This document shows positions 11,807 to 22,700 of a DNA stretch of 64,000 bases, piece after piece. The notes under the pieces are model-generated. The model saw only the letters and a program-made list of their open reading frames with translations, made no database searches and had not been told where the DNA came from. The DNA comes from Antedon mediterranea. Lineage: Eukaryota > Animalia > Echinodermata. The position numbers and the translations under genes are program-made. Location: assembly GCF_964355755.1 (NCBI RefSeq), contig NC_092673.1, positions 36,019,648 to 36,083,647 on the forward strand, given 5' to 3'. Position 1 is the stretch's first letter. Each line of letters starts with the position of its first letter.

Positions 11807-14043
11807 TTAACAACGTGCGAGAACATCAGCGAATAGCGACGTCTTTAGGTTGGTCTTGAAACTGTTTAGACTAGTTGAGCATTTAACTGTTGCTGGTAAG
11901 CTGTTCCATACACTTGCGGCCGCAACGTAAAAAGATCTCTGACCCCACTGATTTTTCGCTCTACGCTCTTGAAGAAGGTTTTGTGACAATGATCGTAGGC
12001 CTCTGCGGGATGATTCGTAACGATCCACAAGGTCAGATAAATAAGCAGGAGCACTGTCATTTAGGATCTTGAATACAAACAACGCAAGTTTGTACTTAAT
12101 ACGTTGTTGAACAGGCAACCAATGCAAATCCATCAGGACAGGAGTTATGTGAGCGTTTGATTTTGTATAAGTTACAATTCTAGCTGCCATATTTTGCAAG
12201 CGCTGCAAACGTTGTATTTGAGATTTTGGTATGCCAAACAACAAGGCATTACCAATGTCAATTTTAGAAGTGACAAATGAGTGTACAATCAATTCAGCTG
12301 TTTTCTTGTTAAGATTACCGCGAATACGACCAAGGTTCCTAATCGATATGCATGCTGCTTTGGATACAGTTGTTATTTGTGCTTCCATAGTGAGATTACT
12401 ATCCAGCATGATTCCCAGATTCCGGACCACCGATGAGGGAGCGATGTTAGAGTTTCCGATTCTGATATGTGTGATGTTGATTTTGGAGATGTTACATTTA
12501 GACCCGACGATAATAAACTCTGTCTTTCCATCATTCAACTTTAGGTAATTTGTTGTCATCCAATTGCGAACATCTTCTATACAGGCTTCCATCTTACTGA
12601 TTGCTGCAGCAACATCCCTTTGCACTGGATTTACTGACACATAAATCTGTGTATCATCTGCATAGAAATGGAAATGTAGACTGTGTTTGCGAATAATGTC
12701 ACCAAGGGGAAGCGTATAAATGGAAAACTGGCCAGGCCCAATTACTGACCCCTGTGGTACACCATATTCCAGGCAAGCTTCATCTGAGAATGCATCATTG
12801 ATACAGACTAGCTGACGTCTTCCTGTAAGATATGACTGGAACCAGTTAAGAGCAACACCATTTATGCCAATGCGATTTCTCAGACGGGTTATCAGTCTTT
12901 GGTGATCAACTGTATCAAACGCTGCTGACAAATCCAACAACACCAATAGCGTTATTTTCCCATCATTCATTCCTTGTAACAAATCATTCTGTACCTTTAA
13001 AAGGAAACTCTCCGTGCTATGACATGCACGATATGCCGACTGGTAATTCTCATTTAAATTATGCTTTTGAAGATATGGAGTAATGCGTGATGTCACTACA
13101 CGCTCCAGAGTCTTTCCAAGAAAAGAAAGATTCGACACCGGGCGGTAATTTTTCAGCGTGTTATGATCCAAGTTTTGCTTTTTTATTAAAGGACGAACGT
13201 GAGCAATTTTCAGTTCATCTGGCACTATGCCGGTATTAAGAGAATGGTTAATGATTTCCGTTATTATTGGAACGACTGCGTCTATACACTTCTTCAGTAT
13301 AGAAGTAGGAACTGGATCTAACCTGCATGATTTTGTTGGTGATTTCATCAGAATGTTGCGGATCTCATCTTGAGATGCTGGTGTAAATGTTGTGAGATGC
13401 TGATGAACTGCTGTCACAGGCTCATTAAATGACATGTCATCAATCTTGAAGTCGTCTCTGATGATCTTGATCTTGTCTGTGAAAAACTGACAGAACCTGT
13501 TCGCAAGATCTAAGTCAGAAAGACTATCTGGGAGAGGTGATACCTGGCGATGATGAAGGAGTTGGTTAACAATTTTAAAAAGTCCTTTCTGATCTGCTGC
13601 ATGTTCTTCACACAAGCCAATGTAGTAGTTGGCCTTTGCCTTTCTTACCATGGAATTTACATTCCTCTTCTGTGCAATGTAAGCTTGACGATCTATTTCC
13701 AGATGAGAGATTCTCCATTTCTTTTCAAGCTTACGCTTTGTTCTTTTCTCAGCATAGATGTCACTGTTATACCAACTAGTGTTTGGTCGGACCTTAACTG
13801 TTCTCTTTTTCGGTGGTGCGTGTTTGTCAAGAAGTTCACTCAAAGTGGTGACATATAGTCGTACTTTACTTGATAAATCAAGATTTGAGAGCGAAGTTCC
13901 GAGATCAGACTGTGTGATATCTTTACATAATGTCTCAAAATTTATAGCATTCCAATGACGAGTTTCGATGGATTTAGTGATTACCGGTGGCTTCTTGATA
14001 AGGAGATTACATGTGATTGCATAGTGATCTGATATACCATCTA
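11807..14043 (-). CDS. LINE ORF2, non-inverted part: end of AP endonuclease (GISDH), linker and reverse transcriptase
   Basis: NYRPVSNL, LDLSAAFDTVDH, GVPQGSVIGP, FYADDTQ; the frame stays open upstream of the listed ORF to LDGISDH at ~14040. Confidence 0.92.
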
Positions 14044-14051
14044 AACTCCAC

Positions 14052-14550
14052 CACTAAAAGAGGTGGTGGAGTTGCACTTCTTTACAAGGAAAGCATAGCG
14101 GTTAAATGTTATGACACTAAAAGAGGTGGTGGAGTTGCACTTCTTTACAAGGAAAGCATAGCGGTTAAATGTTATGACACGGGATTATTACCAAAATCAT
14201 TTGAACTGCTAAATGTGGAAATAGTCAGCAATGCATCCTCAGTTTTCCTCGTAGCAGTATATCGTCCTCAAAGCAAATCAACGGGTTGCAGTCTAAATGT
14301 TTTCACTGAAGAATTCTCAACTTTGGTTGATCACTATGTATTGAAGCCGGCTCCCATACTATTCGTTGGAGACTTTAACATCCATGTGGATATGCCAAAT
14401 GATGCAGATGCAATTCATTTTCGGAATCTACTTGTAGCAAGCAGTCTTCAACAGCATGTGTCTACACCTACACACCGACATGGTCATACATTAGACTTGC
14501 TGATCACTCGTTCATCTGATCCTCCTGTTTTCTCAAACCTTAATGTCACA
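14052..14550 (+). pseudogene. LINE ORF2 AP-endonuclease segment, inverted relative to the RT; contains a 63-bp in-frame duplication
   Basis: RGGGVALLYK (twice), VYRP, GDFNIH, PTH..GHTLDL; ends at NLNV, which directly precedes LDGISDH of the minus-strand part. Confidence 0.9.
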
Positions 14551-16742
14551 CCTTAATTTCACCTATTCTACACTGTATGTGATATGGATACAGATTATAC
14601 TGTGTATACTATATATGAATTTAAATAATAAAATTCAGCAATAACAACATATCATATTCTTCAGTTCAGGTCATAATGCCAACGTGAACACTTCCTTTTG
14701 TCCTCAACCTATCCCCTTAATGTTAATGTTGCACCACTTGCGCGGCGGATAACCAAACTCGTCAAAGTGACGAGTTACATGTCTAGTCTTATTCTTATTA
14801 TTTATTTCTCTCTGTACAGATTTTGTGTAACAAATATCTCAAAAAGTTTAATGTTAATGATTACCAAAATTTCACAATGTCTTTCAAATACGTTAACTTA
14901 GTCCTAATAAGCTTTTCAGCGTGATCACTCATCCGTGACGTCACGTATACGCCATTTTGTGAAATCACATTATCAATCATATCTCCATAATTAATTATCA
15001 CATATTAATGAAAATCACTACACGTAAACTTGAGGTCAAGGTAAAAAATATTAGCAAATAAAAACTCGGGCGTTTCAAGGTCATGCGCGTGAAATCGCGC
15101 GTTGAAATTTTAAAAAGCTCAAAATTTAGTTTTTATCAATTTAGAGCATGAAATAGGCCATTTGCGTGTTTAAAAAAATTACTGCGCAAAAACACATTTT
15201 TGCGCACGCGATTTTTAAAAAGGGTAAAAAATAAAATTTGATGTATACATCATATTCTACTCACAATCCTTAGTACATTCTCCGACTTTGAGTCCATTCC
15301 GACTTAAAATAACGCTATACGAGCACGTTAAAAATGACAAAATTCGCACATTAATTGTACAAAAGTGCTAAAATGGTAAAAAAAGAAGGCCTTTTTAAAA
15401 TGAATATAACTCTTCAGAATGGCAGGTGACCCCCAAATTTTTTAACTTATTATGGAAGCCAATAAGTTGTAGATATAAATATATATACATATTAGACGTA
15501 CAAAATGGTATGACGTCATGAAATGGCCACTTGAATTTAAAAATTAGTAATTATTATCTTTTTGTGTGGGTTATCACATTCAATAGAGCGCATCTCCGTT
15601 ATTTGAGCTCAATTTTTGCACACATTTTAGTATGTGCTTGCTCAATTAATTATCTTTCTCATAAGTTGTCAACATTTTTATTTTGATGACGTCATCACGC
15701 GTAAAAACTTGAATAACCTAGGTCGTGTAATTTCAGCTACACCATACATTTGAATATCTTATAGCTCCTCAGAATTAAAGGTGACCTTGAAGATTATAAT
15801 TTATTATGAAAGCTGATGAAATGTAGATATGAATTCATATAAAAATTAAGCCTATCGGATGTTGTGATGTTGTCATATGGCCAGTTGAAGTTAAAAAGTA
15901 GTTTTTAAATTTCTTTAGTCGAAGTTATACAAATTTAAAAGAGCGCGCATTGCGCTTCTACGTGTCAAATTCTCTTCCAATCCTTATATTTATTTGCTCA
16001 ATTCATTATCTTTCGAAATTGTTATCTTCGAGTTTATTTTGATAATTCCATCATACCAAAAAATTTGAACTTGATGTGTGTCCCATAATTTCACCTATGC
16101 TACACTGTATATAGATATACAGTATATACTGTACATTGTATATGGCATATAATAGGCATAACTCAGCAATATAAGGGTATAATAGGATGGCATACATCAA
16201 CATTTTCCTATCGTATGTTAACGTACGTACATGTTTAAAAAAAATTAATTTCATTAAAATGATAAAAATGATCACCTATAATTCGTCAAAGTGACGAATT
16301 AAATTCTAGTTTTATTTTCATTTTGTGGCCTTACGCCACTTTTATTCGATCAAAGTAAATTTGATACCCTCAATTTTAAGAACTCCTGTGTTGTCAGACA
16401 ATAAATATAGAGTAGAAAATTTGTAAAGATGCCTGACCATCCTGACCATGGCGGTAGATTAGTCCAAATCAGGACTAGGCATCTGAAGCAGAGTTTAAGA
16501 AGAGAACAAACAAACTAACCTCATATCATTTGGATAGAGAATATCGCAGGTGATTCATTATTGTAATTGTTTTATGAATTGTAAAAATATCAAAATTAGA
16601 CATTTAAATGTCTAATTTTGTGTGTGTGGCTCGTGCTGTTTGTAATTAATAATTTCTGATGAATTAATAATACCGTCATGACGTCTCATGATTTGCATGC
16701 CTCGGTGGCTCGCAGAACGCTCTTTAATTTCTTTCAAAAAAG

Positions 16743-19700
16743 ATGTCTGCGCCCATTACTTTAACAATAAAATGGAATGGACAAGAGTTTATTTTAAAAG
16801 ACCTAAATGATACACAAACTGTAAAAAATGTTAAACAATCAATAACAGAACTCACCGGAGTATTGCCTATGAGACAAAAGCTTCTCGGGTTAAAGAGTAA
16901 AAAAGGTAGGCCTAGCCTAGGCCCTAGCTAGACTCTTTCAGTCTCAGTGTCGTCAGCAGACGAACCCGAGAAAAAGGCTACATACAGGGGATGGCCCGAT
17001 CGTCTGATGACCATTACTACTAGCTTAGCCTACAGTAGTAGGGCCGCCGCCTATGTACCTACACTACTATTAAATAACATAAGACCACATTTCTAGATAG
17101 GCTAAAGTAAAGTAAGTAAGTTTTCCAATAAATAAAGAAATAATTATAAATTGAGAGTAAAATAAAAAAGTAAAAGTTCAATCTAATTTATTCGTATGCA
17201 ATGAGAAACATATGTTACTTTTTTGTACTGTTCATTGTTGGCTCAATTTTTTATATCTTGTGTATTTTTATTTTTTTACATGGATAGTCAATTTGGTAGT
17301 GCTTAGTGCATGACAACACCCAAGGTGCTTTTATGTATTATTATGTTGTTGTTGTTTGTGCCTGCAAATTAAATAACATAAAAATAAAAAATCCAATTGG
17401 CGAATCAGCCAATCAATGCTATAGCGATGAACCCTAAGTCTCAGTGGATACAATAGTACATTACTGATGGTATTGTTAATACCTCATTTTGTTACAGGAA
17501 AACCTGCAGAAGATGACACAGCGCTTTCAGAATTAAAGTTGAAACCAAATATGAAGATAATGATGATGGGAACACGAGAAGAAACCATAGCAACTGCGAA
17601 TGAAAAACCTAAAGATGCTCCAAAAGTAATTGATGACTTTGATGTTGATGATGAAGAGGTTCTTACAGAAAATAGGTAACATTATAAAGAAAAAACTAAT
17701 TTATAAAAAACAAGTTTATTTTCAGGATGAAATTAACCTTAAGAGTTTGTTGCTACCGCATTTTGGCACCTAAAATTGGGCATAAGACTTTACAGTCACT
17801 AACTGTTCTGTTTGGGAGGTTGCTGGGTTTGTTTACTTGAATCTTTACTTGCAAATAAGTACCACACACGAATTGATTATAACAACATCATTCATTTATT
17901 AAACAATAACAAACTTTACTGTGACGATACAATCGCCATTTTCAACAACAACAAAAATCCAACAACAGAGGGCGCTATGACCCTTTTTGGAATATGGCAC
18001 TGTCTTAACAGCCGCCCCCGAATTTCTTAGGAAATTCGCCTTATCAATCAAGGTATCAAGTCATGTACTTATTTTTCTGTATTATTAATCAACAGATTAA
18101 ATTTCTTTTAACATTAAAATGATTTAAGTTGCATAAAATTACGCGCCTTTTAAGTCAAAACTAATAATCACGGGCTCGATTCTTCGACTTGATCGTCACA
18201 TTTCATCAACTTCACGAGCTTTGCCACTGGTCGTCGATAAGCCTTTTTGTTGACACGAACATCCACCACTCTCACTCGGTTGTCACTGCTTGGATAGAGT
18301 GCCGAAACAACACCGACTGGCCACTGAGATCGGCTCAACTGGGGATCTACTATCATCACCACGTCTCCAACTTCTAAGTTTTCGACTTCCTTCTGCCACT
18401 TCTGGCGCCTTTGCAGAGTCGGTAAGTATGACCTGATGAACTGACGCCAAAACTGATCCGCTAGAACTTGACTATGTCGCCAATTACGCCGTCCTTTCAG
18501 TTCTGACTCGTCGTACACCACCATAGGTAGGGCAGGATCCCGCCGCCCCATCAACAACATATTTGGCGTAACTGGGTCGATATCAGCTATCTCGGAGGAT
18601 GCGTAGCCAAGAGGTTTAGAGTTCATAATACCTTCCACTTCCGTCAGAACAGTACGTAGCACAACATCAGGTACTACTCGGTCTCGTAGAACCCCTTTCA
18701 GCGCACACTTGATAGAGCGCACTTCCCGCTCCCACAATCCACCGAAATGAGGAGCACTTGGAGGGTTGAAGCAAAATCTCACTTTAAATTTTGCCAGACG
18801 ACTGGTCAACTCTGGTTCCATTGCCTTCAGTGCAGTCTCAATCTCTTTCTCCGCTCCCTTGAAGTTTGTCCCACAGTCACTACGGAGCTCATATGGTACT
18901 CCTCTGCGTGAGGCAAAACGCCTATACGCCATCAGAAAATGATCCACATCAAGAGACTCTAACAGTTCTAGATGAACGGCACGGGTCGTCATACACTGGA
19001 AGACAAGGCCCCAACGCTTCTCTTGTGACCGCCTAACTTTCACTGCAATTGGACCAAAGCAATCCATCCCGGTAGAATAGAAAGGAGGCTTATTCACCCT
19101 TAATCGGGATTCCGGCAAATCAGCCATTCTGGGTATCAGTGGTTTCTGCCGCCAACGTTTGCAGTCAGAGCATTTTCTGAGTATACCTTTAACAGAGGTT
19201 CGTCCTCTCAATATCCAGAAGCGACGACGCAGATAGGCGAAAACTTGCTCGGTTCCGGCCTGGTGGCTGAAATGATTGTCAGCATCCTGGATAAGCAACT
19301 TGGTTACTGGATGTGATGATGGGACAATTGGATGTGGTTCTACACTAGTTTTGTTATCCATTTTCCTTAAACGTCCACCAACTCTAATTAGATTTGTCGT
19401 TTCATCCAGCTCTGGAGAGAGCTCCAACAGACGACTACTCTTCGGTATTTCTTTCTGGGTTTTGAGCGTCGCAATCTCTTCTTTAAATGATTCTTGTTGG
19501 GCTCGTTGTAAGAGTTGATATTCGGCATCACATACTTGTTCTGCAGTTAATACAACTGAATCTTGTCCATCAACTGCGTTGAGTTTCTCTCCCAGTGCTT
19601 GTACAAGTTCTGGCCAGGTCGGGAATTCTTCCAAATCTATATTCTGTACTGGAGTCGCCAAGGTTACACCACAAAATAGGGACTTCTTTATCTCGTTGGT

Positions 19701-22700
19701 ATCTACAGATGAATTTAATGATGAGATTCGAGTTCGTGCCAGCACTGAGGCACTATGACTCTGCCATGTATCTTCTGCCTCTAGCAGCCATGAAGGTCCA
19801 TCAGTCCATCTGGATCCTTTTCCGAGCTCTGTCCCTGACAGACCTCGAGTAATGTCATCTGCAGGGTTTTCATCTGTTCGCACATAACGCCACACACTGT
19901 CGGATGTCAACGTCTGGATTTCAGCTATCCGAGTCCCCACAAACACCTTGAAACGACAGGAATCTGATTGTATCCATGTAAGAACTGTTGTTGAATCACT
20001 CCACATATTAATATTTTCCACATCCAGGGTGAGTGCATTGGTGATAGTCTGAGCTAGTTGTGCACCAAGAAGAGCCCCAAGTAATTCCAGGCGTGGTATG
20101 GAAGTTAGGCGTTTTGGTGCTACTCTGCATTTGGCCAACACGAAACTCATGTGAACACTACCGTCACTATCCATTGAGCGTAAGTAGGCAACGGCACCAT
20201 AAAGCTTCTCTGAGGCATCACAAAACACATGTAATGTCCTTTTTACAATTGTGCTGCTCATGTTAGATGGTGTATAGCACCGCTGTATTCTTATTGATGG
20301 AACTTTCTCCAATTCATCACACCATTCTTCCCACCTTTGTCGAATGTCAGGATCTTTTACTTCTTCATCCCAATCAAGCTTTGTTGACCAGAGTTCTTGA
20401 ACAATCGTTTTGGCTCTGGATGTGAAAGGTGCTATATCTCCGAGTGGTTCAAACTGACTGGCAAGCACTCTGAGAGCATTGCGTTTGGTAAGTTTTCGGT
20501 TATCTGGAGATTTGGCTGGGTGGTATAACTCATCACTGTGACAATCCCAATAAAGTCCTAAAGCTGGCTCTGGTTCCCCATTAATTTGACTGAGGGAAAG
20601 TGACTGCAATTGATGACCGGACTGCACGTCAGTGGTTAAGTGTTCAACTACATCTCGATGGCTGCTGGCATATTTTACCATTTGGAACCCAGCTTCATTT
20701 AGACACTCACGTGTCTTATCTACAAGTTCCTTGGCTTCTGATATAGTGTTACGACTGGCTAGTTGATTATCCACATATGTCTCATTTTCGATGGTATCCT
20801 TGACAATTGGGTAGCGATCTTTTCTATCATTTGCCACCTTTTGTAAGGCAAATGTTGCACAACAAGGGCTACAAGCAGCTCCAAATGGGAGTACCAGCCA
20901 CTCCATTACAAGCCAAGTATCCATCTCGTCATCCCACCAGAGGAATCGCAACATACGTCGGTCTTCTGGGGCCAGTCTCACTTGATGGAACATTGCGGTG
21001 ATATCGCCGGATACTCCAACGCGTCCTTGTCGGAAACGTAGCAGCACGTCCAATAGTGCTGGACTTGGAGTCGGTCCAGCGAGTAACTCATCGTTCAGAT
21101 TCTGACCATCATATTCAAACGAACAGTTGAAGACAAGTCTGTACTTCCCACTACTGTGTACCACATGACAGGGGATGTACCATCCTAATTGCTGCTCCGG
21201 AGACAATGTGTCGACAGGCCCTATAACTCGTATGGAGCCGTTCGTCTTCAGCTTGTTAATATAGGATCGACAGAAGTCCACCAACTCTGGTTTGCGGGAT
21301 ATTTTTCTCTGGGTAGAAAGAGCTAGGCTCTGAACACATCTTGGTGTACTAGACGGGGGTCTGTACCCAGGTTTCCACAGGAGTGGTGTCTGGAGTCTTT
21401 GTACACCTTGGACCTCGACCTGCTTGGTACCATTTTCCAATGTCTGAATAGCAAACTTGTCATTCTTTGACCGCACTGATTCCTTTGGATTTACATGGTG
21501 CAACACATCTACCGCCATAAATCTTTCCATTAATTGGTGCAGCTTATGTTCTGGTTGAGTGCTAGTGTACATCATCTGAGGATGTCCTAGTAGCTTTCCT
21601 TGTGTCTGGAGACCCTGCTTTCCCTGTACAGTCCAACCAAATAGTGTCTTGACCGCAACTGGTGAACCCGTTTTGGGTCCTCTTCTAGTTTCCAACGACA
21701 GAGTACATTCAATGTTATCGGCACCAATCAATATCGTCGGCTGCACCTTTTCGGCAGTAAATAATGGTAGTCCTCTAAGGTGTGGCCATTTTGACTGCAA
21801 CCTCTCCGCAGAAACTGTATAATCCCCAAGTTGGACTTTAGTGGCGGCAAAGGCACACTTGATATTGAATGTCTGGTCTGGTTCTTCTCTGGGCGAGAGG
21901 GTGAAGTCCACACATTTTCCTTTCCAGTCAGTGTCACCTGTTACCGTTTTAACTTTGATTGACTTCCTCACCATTAATGCCCAGTTCATTTATCAATCTT
22001 TCTGATACCATCGTGCGTTCTGCACACTCATCAAGAACACCGTATGTGTTTACTAAACCTTTGGCACCATAGATGGTTAGGGGTACAACTTTGATTAGTA
22101 CATCGTGGTAGTCAAGTTTAGCAGTTAAACCCATTCCAGTACATAGTTGAGTTGGATTAGGTACTGGTTCAACTGGGGCTGGGCCTGGTGCTGGTGCAAT
22201 CACTTTGTGGAGACTACTTCTGTGGTCCTTTTTACATTCCTTGCACCTTTTTGGAAATGGGCAAACACCATCATGCTTCTTAGCACACTTTTTGCACCGG
22301 TTGGTGGTCTCCAACCATTTAATTTTGTCTGCATAGCTAATCTTGGAGAAGTTACCACATGTTTCTAAGTAATGTCCGCTTTCATCAACATCACAATACA
22401 GGCATGTAACACGCTTCTTAGCCTTTGAACTACTTTGAGTAATATAAGCCTTCGTGGCAGGCGGTTGTTCACGTTTCTTCTGCTGTTTAGCGGTTGCATA
22501 TGGTTTTTGGTCTCCTGTACCATGACTCATTTTTTCTAGCAGTATTAGACCAGCTGGTCCTGTTTTCTCCTCTAACCATGTTGAAAGGTTTTGAACAGTA
22601 TAGATCATTCCCTTTTCCTGTTTCCACATCTTGAATAGGAACTCATCGTGGAGCCTGTCTGGTGGTTTCTTTGTCAGGTCTGCCGCATACCGATGGTGAT

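Larger units (their letters stand above)
11728..14553 (-). mobile_element. L2/CR1-group LINE, 5'-truncated with 5' inversion, nested in HINE B
   Basis: 3' tail GCGCTATATAAG plus a (TTATTTA)n-like microsatellite; intact RT; inverted endonuclease segment; TAATT on both sides (11723-11727 and 14554-14558); empty-site equivalent CCCATAATTTCACC visible in HINE A at ~16082. Confidence 0.9.
10361..14787 (+). mobile_element. HINE/DINE-1-like element B, nested in element A
   Basis: 5' stem-loop GGTTATCCGCAAC-GAA-GTTGCAGGATAACC. 3' subTIR GCGGATAACC, hairpin AACTCGTCA-AAG-TGACGAGTT and CTAGT at 14783-14787. Body is a diverged homolog of element A (e.g. CGACTTAAA...TACGAGCACGT at ~10936 and ~15300). 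Confidence 0.8.
10305..16310 (+). mobile_element. Helentron-associated non-autonomous element (HINE/DINE-1-like) A, outer element
   Basis: 5' subTIR with stem-loop TAGGTGATCATTT...AAATGATCACCTA (10310-10341). 3' subTIR AAAATGATCACCTA, hairpin AATTCGTCA-AAG-TGACGAATT and CTAGT at 16306-16310. T-rich insertion site. Confidence 0.8.

Noticed and set aside
17812-18030. ORF duplicated at 24021-24266
   Set aside because: Incidental reading frame in the two LTRs.
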